From an uncultured Pelagibacteraceae bacterium (GTDB lineage: Bacteria; Pseudomonadota; Alphaproteobacteria; Pelagibacterales; Pelagibacteraceae), in NCBI GenBank assembly GCA_902618855.1, contig CACNCD010000005.1:23907-87906 (forward strand): a DNA stretch of 64,000 nucleotides. The letters run 5' to 3'. Position 1 is the first letter of the stretch. Each line of letters opens with the position of its first letter. Of the stretch, positions 45,330-57,102 are shown in pieces. Below the pieces are notes generated by a model. It had not been told where the DNA came from, did no database searches, and saw only the letters and a list, made by a program, of their open reading frames with translations. The translations under genes and the position numbers were made by a program.

Positions 45330-48300
45330 TTAATTAAGTTCAACATTTAAACCTAAGGATTTTATTTCCTTAACTAAAACGTTAAATGACTCAGGTATAC
45401 CTGATTCAAAATTTTCCTCTCCTTTAACAATTGTTTCATAAACTTTTACTCTGCCAGCAACATCATCTGATTTTACAGTTAATATTTCTTGCAAACTATA
45501 AGATGCACCATATGCCTCTAAGGCCCAAACTTCCATTTCACCAAATCTTTGACCACCAAGTTGAGCCTTTCCGCCAAGTGGTTGTTGTGTTACTAAACTG
45601 TACGGACCTGTAGACCTTGCGTGAATCTTGTCTTCGACTAAGTGGTGAAGTTTAAGCATATAAATTATACCCACAGTTACTGGACGGTCAAATCTTTCTC
45701 CTGTTCTACCATCCCATAAAAAAGTTTGACCAGTAGTTGGTAAATTTGCAAGTTTTAACATATCAGTAACATCTTTTTCTTTAGCTCCATCAAACACCGG
45801 AGTTGAAATTGGGATACCATTTTCAAGATTTTCACATAAATCTTTGAACTCTGTTTTATTAAGTTTATCAAGACTTTGTTCAAAAACCTCTTTTCCATAT
45901 ACTGACTTTAGAAAATTAGAAATTTTTTCGGTTTTTTCTATTTTTTTTTGATTTTCATCAATTAATTTCTTTATATTTTCACCAAATTCTTTACATGCCC
46001 AACCTAAATGAGTTTCTAATATTTGACCTACATTCATTCTACTTGGAACACCCAAAGGATTTAAAACGATATCAACTGGCTGACCATTCTCTAAATAAGG
46101 CATATCTTCAATTGGGACGATTTTACTTACTACTCCTTTATTTCCGTGTCGTCCTGACATTTTATCTCCTGGTCTTAATCTTCTTTTTATAGCCACAAAA
46201 ACTTTAACCATTTTCATTACACTTGGTAGAAGGTCGTCACCTTGTCTAATTTTTAATACTTTATCCTCAAATCTTTCTTGTATATCTAGGTTTGCTTTAT
46301 TAAATTGATCTTTTAATTGATTTAAGGCCTCTTCTTTTTTATTGTCATTTATAGATAGTTTAAAAATTTCGCTAATACTCGCACTTTCAATTTTATCAGC
46401 ACTTATTTTTTCTCCAACTTCAAAAGTTTTTGATTTTTTATTAATTGTTGAACCTGATAATATTTGGCTTGCACTTTGCTTAATACTTCTCTCTAAGATT
46501 TCTTCCTCAACTATTTTATCTTGTTGTACGGAATCAATTTCAGATCTTTCAATTGTTATTGATCTTTCATCTTTCTCTATACCATGTCTATTGAATACTC
46601 TTACATCTACTACAACACCGCCACTTCCACTTGGCATTTTCAAGGAAGTATCAGTAACATCTATTGCTTTTTCACCAAAAATAGATCTAAGTAACTTTTC
46701 TTCTGGACCTGAAGCGGAATCTCCTTTTGGCGTTACTTTGCCTACCAAAATATCTCCGGCTTTAACTTCTGCACCTATATATACTATACCTGATTCATCT
46801 AAATTTTTTAATGACTCTTCATTGACATTAGGAATATCTCTTGTGATATCTTCTTCACCTAATTTTGTATCTCTTGCCATCACTTCATATTCCTCTATAT
46901 GAACTGAAGTGAACACGTCGTCAGTAACACATCTCTCTGATATTAGTATAGAATCTTCAAAATTATATCCTTGCCATGGCATAAACGCGACAGTCACATT
47001 TTTACCTAGTCCTAATTCTCCAAGTTTTGTTGAAGGACCATCAGCTATGATATCACCAGAGTTTACTTTATCACCAACTCTTACTAAAGGTTTTTGGTTA
47101 ATACATGTATTTTGATTTGATCTTTTGAATTTTTGTAAATTATATATATCAACACCTGATTTAGTAAAATCAGTTTCACTAGTTGCTTTTATGACTATTC
47201 TTTTTCCATCAATTTTATCAACAATACCATCTCTCTTAGCAACTATGGTAACTCCGGAGTCTAGAGCTACATCACTCTCTATTCCTGTTCCAACTAAAGG
47301 AGACTCTGGTTTTAGTAATGGTACCGCCTGTCTCATCATATTAGAACCCATTAAAGCTCTGTTAGCATCATCATTTTCTAAAAAAGGAATTAAAGACGCT
47401 GCAACAGACACGAGTTGTTTTGGAGAAACGTCTATGTAGTCAATATTTTCTGGTTTTGATAAAACAAAATTTAAATTTTGTCGACAAGACACTAAATCCT
47501 CTGTTATTTTACCATTTTTATCAACTTTTGAGTTAGCTTGGGCAATGGTATATTTTGTTTCCTCCATTGCGGATAGATATTCAATTTTATCCTCAACAAT
47601 TCCGTTGTTAACTCTTTTATAAGGACTTTCTATAAAACCATATTTATTAATCTTAGCATAAGTAGATAAACTATTTATAAGACCGATGTTTGGACCTTCT
47701 GGTGTTTCAATTGGGCAAATTCTTCCATAGTGGGTAGGGTGAACGTCTCTGACTTCAAACCCCGCTCTTTCCCTAGTAAGTCCTCCAGGTCCAAGAGCTG
47801 AAACTCTTCTTTTGTGAGTAATTTCAGATAATGGATTTGTTTGATCCATAAATTGAGAAAGTTGAGAGGTTGCAAAAAAATCTTTTAATGAAACCGTTAA
47901 AGGTTTAGCGTTAATCAAATCTTGTGGCATTGAAGACTCAACATCTAATGTTGTCATTTTCTCTTTAATAGCTCTTTCCATTCTATATACACCTATTCGA
48001 GCCTGATTCTCTACAAGTTCACCAACAGATCTTACTCTTCGGTTTCCTAGGTGATCAATGTCATCAACTTCGTCTTTTCCGTCTCTTAAATCTAACATTT
48101 TTTTTATGATAGATATAATGTCGTCATTTCTTAAAATTGTAATTTTATCTGAACATTCTAAATTTAATCTAGAGTTCATTTTTACTCTGCCTACATCAGA
48201 AAGATCATATCTATCTGAACTAAAGAACAGATTATTAAAAATTTGTGTTGCTATTTCAATAGTTGGAGGCTCACCAGGTCTTAAAACTTTATAAATTTCC

Positions 48301-49412
48301 GTAATCGCGTCATTCTTAGTTTCATTTTTATCATTAAAAATTGTTTGTAATAAGTAAGGACCCTTATTTATTGAGTTTGTAGTAGATATATCTATAGAAG
48401 AAATATTTGTATCAATTATCTTTTTTAAAATAGTTTCATTAAGTTCTGTTCCAACTTTTAAAGTTTCGTCATTTAAAATAACGTTTTTGTGAAGGAATTT
48501 TCCAAATAATGATTCATTAGCAACAAATATTTCTTTTAAACCATCATTAGAAAGTTTTTTTGCATTTAGGTAATTAATTTTATCACCAAGTTTTATAATT
48601 ACTTTGCTAGTTTTAGCATCAACAACTTCTTCAGAGAAATTTTTAGTTTTATAATTTTCTGGATTAAATTTTGTTTTCCATTTTTTTAATTTATGATCAA
48701 ACGTAAAAGTTTCTTTTTCATAAAATTCACTTACAATATCATTTTTAACATAACCTAAAGCTAATAATAAAGTTGATGCTAATATTTTCTTTTTTCTATC
48801 AATTCTGAAGTACAACAAGTCTTTAACATCATATTCAAAGTCTAGCCATGATCCTCTATTTGGAATTACACGACAGTTAAATAGTAATTTCCCACTAGCG
48901 TGTGACTTTCCTTTGTCATGGTCGAAAAAAACTCCGGGACTTCTATGCATTTGGTTAACAACAACTCTTTGGACACCGTTGGTGATAAATGTTCCACTAT
49001 TTGTCATCATTGGAACCTCTCCCATATAGACTTCTTGTTCTTTAGCGGACAATATATCTTTAGTGTTTGTCTCTTGGTTTATATCATAAACAACTAATCT
49101 TAATGTACATTTAAGAGCCGAGGAAAAAGTAAGACCTCTCTGAATACATTCTTCAGTATCAAATTTAGGTTTTTCAAGTCTATATGAAACATATTCTAGT
49201 GTTGCCTTATCATTCAAATCCTCTATTGGAAAAATACTTTTAAATACTCTATCGAAACCCTTGGTTAGTTGGTTTGCAATTGTTGTATCGAACGATGTAA
49301 GTTCTTTGTAAGAATTTTTTTGTACCTCTATTAAATTTGGAATAGATAAACCTTCTTTAAGTTTTCCAAAATTCTTTCTAATATTCTTTTTTTCAGTAAA
49401 AGATAATTGCAT
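45330..49412 (-). CDS. rpoB: RNA polymerase beta subunit
   Basis: [51 protein letters not shown]. Confidence 0.99.
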   Translation of the reverse strand: MQLSFTEKKNIRKNFGKLKEGLSIPNLIEVQKNSYKELTSFDTTIANQLTKGFDRVFKSIFPIEDLNDKATLEYVSYRLEKPKFDTEECIQRGLTFSSALKCTLRLVVYDINQETNTKDILSAKEQEVYMGEVPMMTNSGTFITNGVQRVVVNQMHRSPGVFFDHDKGKSHASGKLLFNCRVIPNRGSWLDFEYDVKDLLYFRIDRKKKILASTLLLALGYVKNDIVSEFYEKETFTFDHKLKKWKTKFNPENYKTKNFSEEVVDAKTSKVIIKLGDKINYLNAKKLSNDGLKEIFVANESLFGKFLHKNVILNDETLKVGTELNETILKKIIDTNISSIDISTTNSINKGPYLLQTIFNDKNETKNDAITEIYKVLRPGEPPTIEIATQIFNNLFFSSDRYDLSDVGRVKMNSRLNLECSDKITILRNDDIISIIKKMLDLRDGKDEVDDIDHLGNRRVRSVGELVENQARIGVYRMERAIKEKMTTLDVESSMPQDLINAKPLTVSLKDFFATSQLSQFMDQTNPLSEITHKRRVSALGPGGLTRERAGFEVRDVHPTHYGRICPIETPEGPNIGLINSLSTYAKINKYGFIESPYKRVNNGIVEDKIEYLSAMEETKYTIAQANSKVDKNGKITEDLVSCRQNLNFVLSKPENIDYIDVSPKQLVSVAASLIPFLENDDANRALMGSNMMRQAVPLLKPESPLVGTGIESDVALDSGVTIVAKRDGIVDKIDGKRIVIKATSETDFTKSGVDIYNLQKFKRSNQNTCINQKPLVRVGDKVNSGDIIADGPSTKLGELGLGKNVTVAFMPWQGYNFEDSILISERCVTDDVFTSVHIEEYEVMARDTKLGEEDITRDIPNVNEESLKNLDESGIVYIGAEVKAGDILVGKVTPKGDSASGPEEKLLRSIFGEKAIDVTDTSLKMPSGSGGVVVDVRVFNRHGIEKDERSITIERSEIDSVQQDKIVEEEILERSIKQSASQILSGSTINKKSKTFEVGEKISADKIESASISEIFKLSINDNKKEEALNQLKDQFNKANLDIQERFEDKVLKIRQGDDLLPSVMKMVKVFVAIKRRLRPGDKMSGRHGNKGVVSKIVPIEDMPYLENGQPVDIVLNPLGVPSRMNVGQILETHLGWACKEFGENIKKLIDENQKKIEKTEKISNFLKSVYGKEVFEQSLDKLNKTEFKDLCENLENGIPISTPVFDGAKEKDVTDMLKLANLPTTGQTFLWDGRTGERFDRPVTVGIIYMLKLHHLVEDKIHARSTGPYSLVTQQPLGGKAQLGGQRFGEMEVWALEAYGASYSLQEILTVKSDDVAGRVKVYETIVKGEENFESGIPESFNVLVKEIKSLGLNVELN

Positions 49413-49466
49413 CTATAGTGTCTCGCTGATTAAATTAAAACCAGCAATTAATTCTTTCTTTAATAT

Positions 49467-49838
49467 TTACTTAAGTTCGACTTTTGCGCCTGCTGCTTCT
49501 AATTTAGCTTTTATTTCTTCAGCTTCTTTTTTATTAACACCAGACTTAACTTCTTTAGGAGCTCCCTCTACTAAATCTTTAGCTTCTTTTAATCCTAGTG
49601 AAGTTACAGCTCTTATTTCTTTAATTACATTTATTTTTTTATCACCTGCTGCTGCAAGCATAATTGTAAACTCACTTTTTTCCTCTGCAGGTGCTGCTCC
49701 TCCAGCTGCTGCTGGTGCCGCTGCCACAGCTGCTGCAGCTGTAACGCCCCATTTTTCCTCAAGTTGTTTTGAAAGTTCAGCTGCTTCTACAACAGTTAAA
49801 CTTGATAAATCTTCTATAATTTTATTTAGATCTGCCAT
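49467..49838 (-). CDS. rplL: 50S ribosomal protein L7/L12
   Basis: LEEKWGV, Ala-rich hinge, [20 protein letters not shown]. Confidence 0.99.
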   Translation of the reverse strand: MADLNKIIEDLSSLTVVEAAELSKQLEEKWGVTAAAAVAAAPAAAGGAAPAEEKSEFTIMLAAAGDKKINVIKEIRAVTSLGLKEAKDLVEGAPKEVKSGVNKKEAEEIKAKLEAAGAKVELK

Positions 49839-49861
49839 AATATTTTGTGTTTTTGTAGGGT

Positions 49862-50371
49862 TTATTTTTTACTTTTTTCGAGCGCTAAAATAGCGATTTT
49901 TGAAGCAGGTGCAAGTAAAATACTTGCGATTTTTTGTGCTGGAGACCTCAAAATTCCTACAATTTTCGCCCTTGCTTCATCAAGTGTTGGAAGAGTAGCT
50001 ACATTTTTAACTCCATCAACGTCTAAAACATCAGTACCCATGATTCCACCCAAAATTTTTAGATTCTCATTTTCTCTAGAAAATTTAGTTAATATTTTAG
50101 CTGATGTGATTGCATCTTCTGAGAATGCTACAGCGGTTGGTCCACTAAATAAATTAGATAGTTCCTTGCACTTAGATTTTTCGAGAGCTAACTTTGTTAT
50201 TCTATTTTTTGTTATTTTAAATATTATACCATGCTCCCTCATTCTTTTTCTCAATTCATCTAGTTGCTTAACTGTTAATCCTTGGTAATGTGTAACCAAT
50301 ACGGCTTCAGAATTTTCAAACTGACTTGTCATCTCTTTAATATAAATTTGTTTTTGTTCTTTATTCATCAT
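49862..50371 (-). CDS. rplJ: 50S ribosomal protein L10
   Basis: [38 protein letters not shown]. Confidence 0.97.
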   Translation of the reverse strand: MMNKEQKQIYIKEMTSQFENSEAVLVTHYQGLTVKQLDELRKRMREHGIIFKITKNRITKLALEKSKCKELSNLFSGPTAVAFSEDAITSAKILTKFSRENENLKILGGIMGTDVLDVDGVKNVATLPTLDEARAKIVGILRSPAQKIASILLAPASKIAILALEKSKK

Positions 50372-50373
50372 AA

Positions 50374-51063
50374 TTAAATACTTTTCGGTAGTTTAAGTTT
50401 ATAGGAAACTCCCATGGAAGAAGTTATAAAAATATTTTTTATAAGGTCGCCTTTTACTGTATTATTTGATTTTTCTTTTTCCAATGTGTCAAGAACAGCA
50501 TTATAATTTTTTAAAAGTTTATCGTCTGCAAATGATTTTTTTCCTATACTTAAACCTATGTTGCCATCCTTATCATTTTTAAGTTCGGCTTGACCAGATT
50601 TAGCATCTTGAATAGCTTTTTTAATATTTTCTGTGACTGAACCTAATTTTGGGTTTGGCATCAAACCTTTTGGCCCTAAAATTTTACCAAGTTTTGAAAG
50701 TTTTATCATCATTGAAGGTGTACACAATAATTTGTCAAAGCTAAGTTCACCATTTTTAATTTTATCTATAAAATCATCACCTCCAGCAATATCTGCACCA
50801 GCATTTTTAGCTTCTTGAACTTTTCCGTCTTCACAAACAACAGCTACTTTGATTTTTTTTCCACTACCTGAGGGTAAATTTACAATTGTTCTTAAATTAA
50901 TTTCTGACTTTTTTTGTTTATGATTGATTTGCATATTTAAATCTATTGACTCATCAAACTTTGTAGTACAATTTTTTTTAATCTCTTTTAATACATTTTC
51001 AAAATCATTAGCCTTTAACTTTGAAGTATTTGTTGGAAGTTTTTTAAATCTTTTTGATCGCAT
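50374..51063 (-). CDS. rplA: 50S ribosomal protein L1
   Basis: KFDESID, LP.GSGK, LGKILGPKGLMPNPKLGSVT, SSMG. Confidence 0.97.
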   Translation of the reverse strand: MRSKRFKKLPTNTSKLKANDFENVLKEIKKNCTTKFDESIDLNMQINHKQKKSEINLRTIVNLPSGSGKKIKVAVVCEDGKVQEAKNAGADIAGGDDFIDKIKNGELSFDKLLCTPSMMIKLSKLGKILGPKGLMPNPKLGSVTENIKKAIQDAKSGQAELKNDKDGNIGLSIGKKSFADDKLLKNYNAVLDTLEKEKSNNTVKGDLIKNIFITSSMGVSYKLKLPKSI

Positions 51064-51491
51064 TATTCTTTTACCTCTATCCCCATTGATCTTGCTGACC
51101 CTGCAATAATTTTTACTGCTTCCTCTAAATCATGTGCATTTAAATCTGCCATTTTTTTCTTTGCAATCTCCTCAGCTTGCTTTTTTGTTATCGATGCAAC
51201 AATCTGCCTTCCAGGTTCTTGTGAGCCACCTTTTAATTTTGCAGCCTCTTTAATAAAATGTGAAGCAGGTGGAGATTTAATAATGAAATCAAATTTTTTA
51301 TCTTTGTATACGGTAATTATTACTGGCACAGGTTTGCCCATGAAATCTTTGGTCTTTTCATTAAATGCTTTACAAAATTCCATAATATTTATTCCTCTTT
51401 GTCCAAGTGCAGGACCTACTGGAGGAGCAGGATTAGCTTGCCCACCTTTAATTTGTAATTTTACGTATCCTGATATTTCTTTTTTAGGCAT
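51063..51491 (-). CDS. rplK: 50S ribosomal protein L11
   Basis: [34 protein letters not shown]. Confidence 0.99.
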   Translation of the reverse strand: MPKKEISGYVKLQIKGGQANPAPPVGPALGQRGINIMEFCKAFNEKTKDFMGKPVPVIITVYKDKKFDFIIKSPPASHFIKEAAKLKGGSQEPGRQIVASITKKQAEEIAKKKMADLNAHDLEEAVKIIAGSARSMGIEVKE

Positions 51492-52021
51492 TAGCTTACT
51501 TTCTCCACTTGATTATATTCTAAATCTACAGGTGTTGGTCTGCCAAAAATTGAAACAGAAACTTTTAATCTAGATTTTTCTTCATCTATTCCCTCAACCA
51601 TTCCACTAAATGATGCAAACGGACCATCTATCACTTGTACTTTTTCACCAACGCTGTAATCAATACCTGATTTTGGTTGAGCTACACCATCTTTAATTTG
51701 TCCTAATATTTTTTCTATCTCTTTATCGGAAACTGGCACTGGAATTCCCTTCGAGCCTAAAAAACCACTTACTCTCTTAATATTTTTTATCATGTGATAA
51801 ATATTATTATCCATTTCACTTTTAATCAAAACATATCCTGGAAAATATTTCTTTTTTCTTTGTACCCTTTTTCCTCTTTTTACCTCTGTTACATCATGAG
51901 TAGGAACGATTATTTCCTCTATTTTATCAGATATTTTAGCCTTATCTGCCTCCTCTTTTATAAGACTAGCAACTTTATTTTCAAAACTTGAATGAGATTG
52001 CACTATGTACCAATTTTTCAT
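51491..52021 (-). CDS. nusG: Transcription termination/antitermination factor NusG
   Basis: [34 protein letters not shown]. Confidence 0.98.
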   Translation of the reverse strand: MKNWYIVQSHSSFENKVASLIKEEADKAKISDKIEEIIVPTHDVTEVKRGKRVQRKKKYFPGYVLIKSEMDNNIYHMIKNIKRVSGFLGSKGIPVPVSDKEIEKILGQIKDGVAQPKSGIDYSVGEKVQVIDGPFASFSGMVEGIDEEKSRLKVSVSIFGRPTPVDLEYNQVEKVS

Positions 52022-52212
52022 TAGAAACTAACCTTTAATAATAATTCTAAAAAAAACTTTAAAACTTGATCTAAAAGTAAAAAAAACAATGAGGCAATAA
52101 CAGCCATTACAACAACCATCAATGTTCCTTGTAAAGTTTCTTTGCCTGTTGGCCATGTAACCTTAAAAGCTTCTTGTTTTACTTCTTGAATAAATTTTAA
52201 AGGGTTTCTCAT
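52021..52212 (-). CDS. secE: Preprotein translocase SecE
   Basis: EVKQEAFKVTWPT followed by one TM helix; upstream of nusG. Confidence 0.95.
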   Translation of the reverse strand: MRNPLKFIQEVKQEAFKVTWPTGKETLQGTLMVVVMAVIASLFFLLLDQVLKFFLELLLKVSF

Positions 52213-52230
52213 AATATTTTTTGTAACTTT

Positions 52231-52306
52231 TGGCAGGAGCGGAGGGACTCGAACCCTCAGCCTCCGGTTTTGGAGACCGGCGCTCTACCAATTGAGCTAC
52301 ACTCCT
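52231..52306 (-). tRNA. tRNA-Trp(CCA)
   Basis: AGGAGTGTAGCTCAATTGGTAGAGC...CCGGT-CTCCAAA-ACCGG...GGTTCGAGTCC...CCA; 76 nt. Confidence 0.98.
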
Positions 52307-52310
52307 AAGT

Positions 52311-53501
52311 TTATTTTATAATCTTAGTTACTACTCCAGCTCCTACTGTTCTACCACCTTCACGAATTGCAAAATTAAGTTTCTCGCTCATCGCAATTGG
52401 AGTAATTAGTTTAACAGTAAATTTGGCATCGTCTCCAGGCATAACCATTTCAGTGCCTGATGGAAGAGCTACTTCACCAGTCACATCTGTAGTTCTAAAA
52501 TAGAACTGAGGTCTGTATTTTGTAAAAAATGGAGTGTGTCTTCCACCTTCCTCTTTTTTCAAAACATATGCTTGAGCTTCAAACTCTGTGTGTGGAGTAA
52601 CTGATCCAGGTTTAGCTAAGACTTGACCTCTTTCAACGTCAGTTCTTTCTACACCTCTTAACAATGCTCCAATATTATCACCTGCTTCACCACTGTCTAA
52701 GAGTTTTCTAAACATTTCAACTCCAGTACAAACTGTTTTTTTTGTATCTCTAATTCCAATTATTTCAATTTCCTCACCAGTTTTTACTACGCCTTGTTCA
52801 ACTCTACCAGTAACAACTGTACCTCTGCCAGATATAGAGAAAACGTCCTCAACCGGCATTAGGAAAGGTTTGTCTTTAGGTCTATCAGGTTGTGGAATAT
52901 GTTCATCAACAGCTTTCATTAATTCCATTATTGCATTTTTACCTGTTGCCTCATCTTTACCCTCAACAGCATTTAATGCAGATCCTTTTATAATTGGTGT
53001 TTTGTCTCCTGGAAATTTATAAGATGTTAATAGTTCCCTTATTTCTTCTTCTACAAGATCAATAAGCTCTTTATCTTGCACTTGATCAACTTTGTTTAGG
53101 AAAACTACGATTGCTGGCACACCAACTTGTCTAGCTAAAAGAATATGCTCTCTTGTTTGAGGCATTGGACCATCAGCTGCGTTAACAACTAGGATAGCTC
53201 CATCCATTTGAGCTGCACCAGTAATCATGTTTTTTACATAGTCAGCATGACCTGGACAATCTACGTGCGCGTAGTGTCTTTTGTCAGTTTCATATTCAAC
53301 ATGCGCAGTTGAAATTGTTATACCTCTTTCTTTTTCCTCTGGTGCTTTATCAATTTGATCATAAGCAACAAACTTTGCCCCACCTGCTTCAGCTAAAACT
53401 TTTGTTATAGCTGCAGTTAAAGTAGTTTTACCATGGTCTACGTGTCCGATTGTACCTATATTACAATGCGGTTTATTTCTTACAAATTTTTCTTTCGACA
53501 T
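52311..53501 (-). CDS. tuf: Elongation factor Tu
   Basis: [40 protein letters not shown]. Confidence 0.99.
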   Translation of the reverse strand: MSKEKFVRNKPHCNIGTIGHVDHGKTTLTAAITKVLAEAGGAKFVAYDQIDKAPEEKERGITISTAHVEYETDKRHYAHVDCPGHADYVKNMITGAAQMDGAILVVNAADGPMPQTREHILLARQVGVPAIVVFLNKVDQVQDKELIDLVEEEIRELLTSYKFPGDKTPIIKGSALNAVEGKDEATGKNAIMELMKAVDEHIPQPDRPKDKPFLMPVEDVFSISGRGTVVTGRVEQGVVKTGEEIEIIGIRDTKKTVCTGVEMFRKLLDSGEAGDNIGALLRGVERTDVERGQVLAKPGSVTPHTEFEAQAYVLKKEEGGRHTPFFTKYRPQFYFRTTDVTGEVALPSGTEMVMPGDDAKFTVKLITPIAMSEKLNFAIREGGRTVGAGVVTKIIK

Positions 53502-53536
53502 TACTTTTTATCCTCATCTATATTTTATTTATATTC

Positions 53537-53610
53537 TGGAGCGGGTAAAGGGAATCGAACCCTTACATCCAGCTTGGAAGGCTAGCGTTCTACCATTGAA
53601 CTACACCCGC
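53537..53610 (-). tRNA. tRNA-Gly(TCC)
   Basis: GCGGGTGTAGTTCAATGGTAGAAC...CTAGC-CTTCCAA-GCTGG...GGTTCGATTCC...CCA; 74 nt. Confidence 0.97.
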
Positions 53611-53654
53611 AACACCCAAGAATTTCACTCCATTGTTATCAAAAATTTACTGAA

Positions 53655-53740
53655 TGGTGGAGGGGGAAAGATTCGAACTTTCGAAGACCGAAGTCAACGG
53701 GTTTACAGCCCGCCCCATTTGACCGCTCTGGAACCCCTCC
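53655..53740 (-). tRNA. tRNA-Tyr(GTA)
   Basis: GGAGGGGTTCCAGAGCGGTCAAA...GCGGG-CTGTAAA-CCCGT, long variable arm, AGTTCGAATCT, CCA; 86 nt. Confidence 0.97.
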
Positions 53741-53869
53741 TTTTGGGGAAGCGTCCCCTAGTTCAATAAAGCTTCAAACAACAAGCGTTTTATATATTTT
53801 TATTATGCAATTGCAATACGAGATTTACTGGGAAAATATGAGAAAATACGTATAAAATTCATATTAATC

Positions 53870-54616
53870 ATGAATAAATCGCCTTTTTTTATAGTAGGTC
53901 AGCATGCTGTAATAGAAGCTCTTAGAAATCCAGAAAGAAAGGTTTTGAGAGTTTTTTTGACAGAGGAAAGCAAAAAAAATATTCACAGAAAAAATCCAAA
54001 GAAAAATATCCTGGAAAATGTAAAGGTTTATTTTAAAACAAAAAAAGAATTAGATAAATATACAACTAAAGATCAGATATCTCACCAAGGTTATGTAGCA
54101 GAGATTGAAGAATTAGATCATATAAAATTAAAAGATTTTATAAAACAAAAAAAAAATTTAACTTTAGTCTGTCTTGATGAAGTAACTGACCCTAGAAATA
54201 TTGGATCCTTAATAAGAAGCGCAGCTTCATTTAAGATAGATGGATTAATAGTAAAAGATAGACATTATCCAAAAACAAGCAAACTTATGTATAAATCAGC
54301 AAGTGGATGTATTGAGCATATGAATATATTTCAAGTTTCAAATATAAATTCTACTTTAAAAAATTTAAGAGATAAAAATTTCTGGATTTATGGTTTTGAC
54401 TCTGCTGCTAAAAAAAATTTTACAGAGATAACTTGGGAGGGTAATAATATTCTTTTGTTCGGATCAGAAGGATTTGGTATGAGGCATCATACTTCAAAAT
54501 ATGCTGATTTTTTCGTAAAAATAAATATTAATAAAAATATTGAAAGTTTAAATATATCGAATAGTGCTGCTATTGTATTTCATCATTTAAGCTGTTTAAA
54601 AAAAAATCTTGATTAG
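53870..54616 (+). CDS. rlmB: 23S rRNA Gm2251 methyltransferase (SPOUT)
   Basis: G.HAVIEAL, HQGY.A, LDEVTDPRNIGSLIRSA, GSEGFG, ESLNISNSAAI. Confidence 0.92.
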   Translation: MNKSPFFIVGQHAVIEALRNPERKVLRVFLTEESKKNIHRKNPKKNILENVKVYFKTKKELDKYTTKDQISHQGYVAEIEELDHIKLKDFIKQKKNLTLVCLDEVTDPRNIGSLIRSAASFKIDGLIVKDRHYPKTSKLMYKSASGCIEHMNIFQVSNINSTLKNLRDKNFWIYGFDSAAKKNFTEITWEGNNILLFGSEGFGMRHHTSKYADFFVKININKNIESLNISNSAAIVFHHLSCLKKNLD

Positions 54617-54645
54617 TGTAGAAATAATTTATACAAGTTGGATAT

Positions 54646-54721
54646 GCCCTTGTAGCTCAGTTGGTAGAGCAATTGATTTGTAATCAATAGGTCCGCGGTT
54701 CGAATCCGTGCGGGGGCACCA
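54646..54721 (+). tRNA. tRNA-Thr(TGT)
   Basis: GCCCTTGTAGCTCAGTTGGTAGAGC, ATTGA-TTTGTAA-TCAAT, GGTTCGAATCC, CCA; 76 nt. Confidence 0.98.
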
Positions 54722-54741
54722 AAATTATTTAATAGTTTAAA

Positions 54742-55953
54742 TTACTTCCATCTATTTAATAAATATGAAAATTCATCTAATATTTTTTCATAGTTTTCTT
54801 TAAATATATCCTCACTACAAATATTTTTAAAATATTCATAATTCTTAGCAGTAAATTCATTAACTTTATTTTGATCGAAACAAATTTCCAGTTTTTTAAC
54901 TAGGTCTATTGGCGAAGAAATATCAATGCTAATTAAATGATCATTTATTTTATCGTTGGGAATTAAATCTTTTGTATAAAAAATTATTTTTTTAAAATAA
55001 AATGATTCATAAATTGGTAGATTTGTTGGACCCCCATAAGTTGGCATTACAACTGCATCTGAATTTAAATATAATGATATAACTTCATCATCACTTATAA
55101 ACTGAAGTATCTTAATATAGTCGGTTAATTTTTTATTTAAAATTAATTCTTTTATATATTTATAATTTCCCTTGTTTCCACCACAAAATACAAAAAAAAA
55201 TCTTTCATCATTATTATTTTTTAAAATTTCGGCTACATCTATAATATATTTATGATTTTTATGCGGCCAAAATTGCGCAGGATAAAAAATAATTTTTTTA
55301 TCATTAGGTAATTTAAAATTATTAAAAAATTCATCATATTGAATTTTATTAAATTTTTTTTCTTTATAAAGTGTTGGTAGCATTGGAATAAAATTTTGAA
55401 CTACTACTTTATCTTCAGATGCGTTATAAAAATCTATTAAATCTTTTTTATTAGATTTATGAGCAACAATAATTTTAAAGGCTCTAAATACGATTTCTTT
55501 AAACAATTTTTCTTTATATTCAAAAGTAAAATTTAAATTGTGCTCTGGAAATTGGCTATTTTTTTTATGATCAAGATCCCATATATTCGATATAAAAGTT
55601 ACCTCTTTACAATACCTACACATTGTAGAAGGTCCTAAAAAAATTATTAAATCATAATTATTTTTTCTTATAAAATTTGTAAAGGGGTGATTTATTTTTA
55701 TTTTATTAAATAAGTCTCTAATTAAATCTATCTCAAAAAATTGAATAAGATATCTAAAAAAAATATTATTTTTATATAATTTACTTTTAATACTTTTATT
55801 TTTTAAATAATTTTCAGTTTCTTTATCCGTGATTATTAATTCTATTGATGAATTATACTTTTTAATATCAAACAATAACAATGAAGATTTAAGTGATTGA
55901 AAAAATCCTCCACCCATTTTGTATGAACCTTCAAGATAAATGCCAATTTTCAT
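54742..55953 (-). CDS. Glycosyltransferase family 4 (GT-B)
   Basis: IFYPAQFWPHKNH, LYLNSDAVVMPTYGGPTNLPIYES. Confidence 0.82.
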   Translation of the reverse strand: MKIGIYLEGSYKMGGGFFQSLKSSLLLFDIKKYNSSIELIITDKETENYLKNKSIKSKLYKNNIFFRYLIQFFEIDLIRDLFNKIKINHPFTNFIRKNNYDLIIFLGPSTMCRYCKEVTFISNIWDLDHKKNSQFPEHNLNFTFEYKEKLFKEIVFRAFKIIVAHKSNKKDLIDFYNASEDKVVVQNFIPMLPTLYKEKKFNKIQYDEFFNNFKLPNDKKIIFYPAQFWPHKNHKYIIDVAEILKNNNDERFFFVFCGGNKGNYKYIKELILNKKLTDYIKILQFISDDEVISLYLNSDAVVMPTYGGPTNLPIYESFYFKKIIFYTKDLIPNDKINDHLISIDISSPIDLVKKLEICFDQNKVNEFTAKNYEYFKNICSEDIFKENYEKILDEFSYLLNRWK

Positions 55954-55970
55954 TATTCAATTTTTAAATA

Positions 55971-57101
55971 TTATTTTAAAATATTTATTAAAGTATTTTT
56001 AATAAATTTTAATTCCTTTAAAGTTAAACCTAAACCAGATGGTAAATAAAATCCATTTTTTGATATAAACTCAGAGTTTTTAAGTTTTAAGTTTTTAAAA
56101 TAACTATATTTTTTAAGTGCATCCTGCTTATGAATTGGCCAAAAAAAAGGGCGCGTTCCTATATTTTTCTTTAAAAGTTTTTGAGTAATTTTTTTTGCTG
56201 AGATCTTGCTACTTTTCTTAATAACTATCCCAAAGACCCAATATATATTTTTACAGTATGAAAGTTTAGGAGGTTGTATAATTATGTCTTTAATATTTTT
56301 AAAATTTTGGTAATAATAATTCCCAATCTCATATTTTCTCTTGATAATTTGTTTAATTCTTTTTAATTGATTTAGCCCTAAAGCTGCTTGTATATTTGTA
56401 TAACGGTAATTCCATCCTATATCATAATGATTAAATCTATTGTTTTTTAATCCAAAACATAAATTTCTATAATCTCTTATTTTTTTATTAATCAAACGAT
56501 TATCAGTTAATAACATCCCTCCTTCACCAGTAGTAATATGTTTATTTGCATAAAAACTGAGAACGCTTATATCTCCAAAACTTCCACAATATTTTTTTTT
56601 ATATTTTAAACCTAATACTTCAGCGGCATCTTCAATCAAATATAAATTATATTTTTTAACAATCTTTAAAATTTTATCCATATCGTTTGATAAACCGTAA
56701 ATGTGGGGTAGCATTATACATTTAGTTTTATTTGTAATTTTTTTTTCTATATCTTCAATTTTTATATTCCATGTTTTAATATCAACATCTATTAGTACAG
56801 GTTTAGCTGAATTTTTAATGATTGCATTTACATTGGATATAATTGTGAATGAGGGCATTATTACTTCATCATTTTTTTTTAAACCTAGAGCTTTAATCGC
56901 TACCTCAAGAGCAGCGGTACCACTACTGACTGCACATCCAAATTTACGATTAAGAAATTTTGCCAATTTAATCTCAAATTCTTTTACATCTGGTCCTTCA
57001 GAAGACACCCATCCGGATTTAATAGCTTTAAAAACGGCTAGAGCATCACTATTATTAAGTAATGGCGTATTTACAGGAATAAACTTTTTATATTTTGTCA
57101 C
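55971..57101 (-). CDS. DegT/DnrJ/EryC1/StrS PLP-dependent nucleotide-sugar aminotransferase (perosamine synthase-like)
   Basis: VSSGTAALEVA, HIYG, IEDAAE, SFYANKHITTGEGGML (PLP Lys), GWNYRYTNIQAALG, LPSG; GTG start. Confidence 0.92.
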   Translation of the reverse strand: MTKYKKFIPVNTPLLNNSDALAVFKAIKSGWVSSEGPDVKEFEIKLAKFLNRKFGCAVSSGTAALEVAIKALGLKKNDEVIMPSFTIISNVNAIIKNSAKPVLIDVDIKTWNIKIEDIEKKITNKTKCIMLPHIYGLSNDMDKILKIVKKYNLYLIEDAAEVLGLKYKKKYCGSFGDISVLSFYANKHITTGEGGMLLTDNRLINKKIRDYRNLCFGLKNNRFNHYDIGWNYRYTNIQAALGLNQLKRIKQIIKRKYEIGNYYYQNFKNIKDIIIQPPKLSYCKNIYWVFGIVIKKSSKISAKKITQKLLKKNIGTRPFFWPIHKQDALKKYSYFKNLKLKNSEFISKNGFYLPSGLGLTLKELKFIKNTLINILK

Positions 57102-57102
57102 A

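Noticed and set aside
49685-49745. GC-rich GCT/GCA repeat-like stretch
   Set aside because: It encodes the normal Ala-rich hinge of L7/L12.
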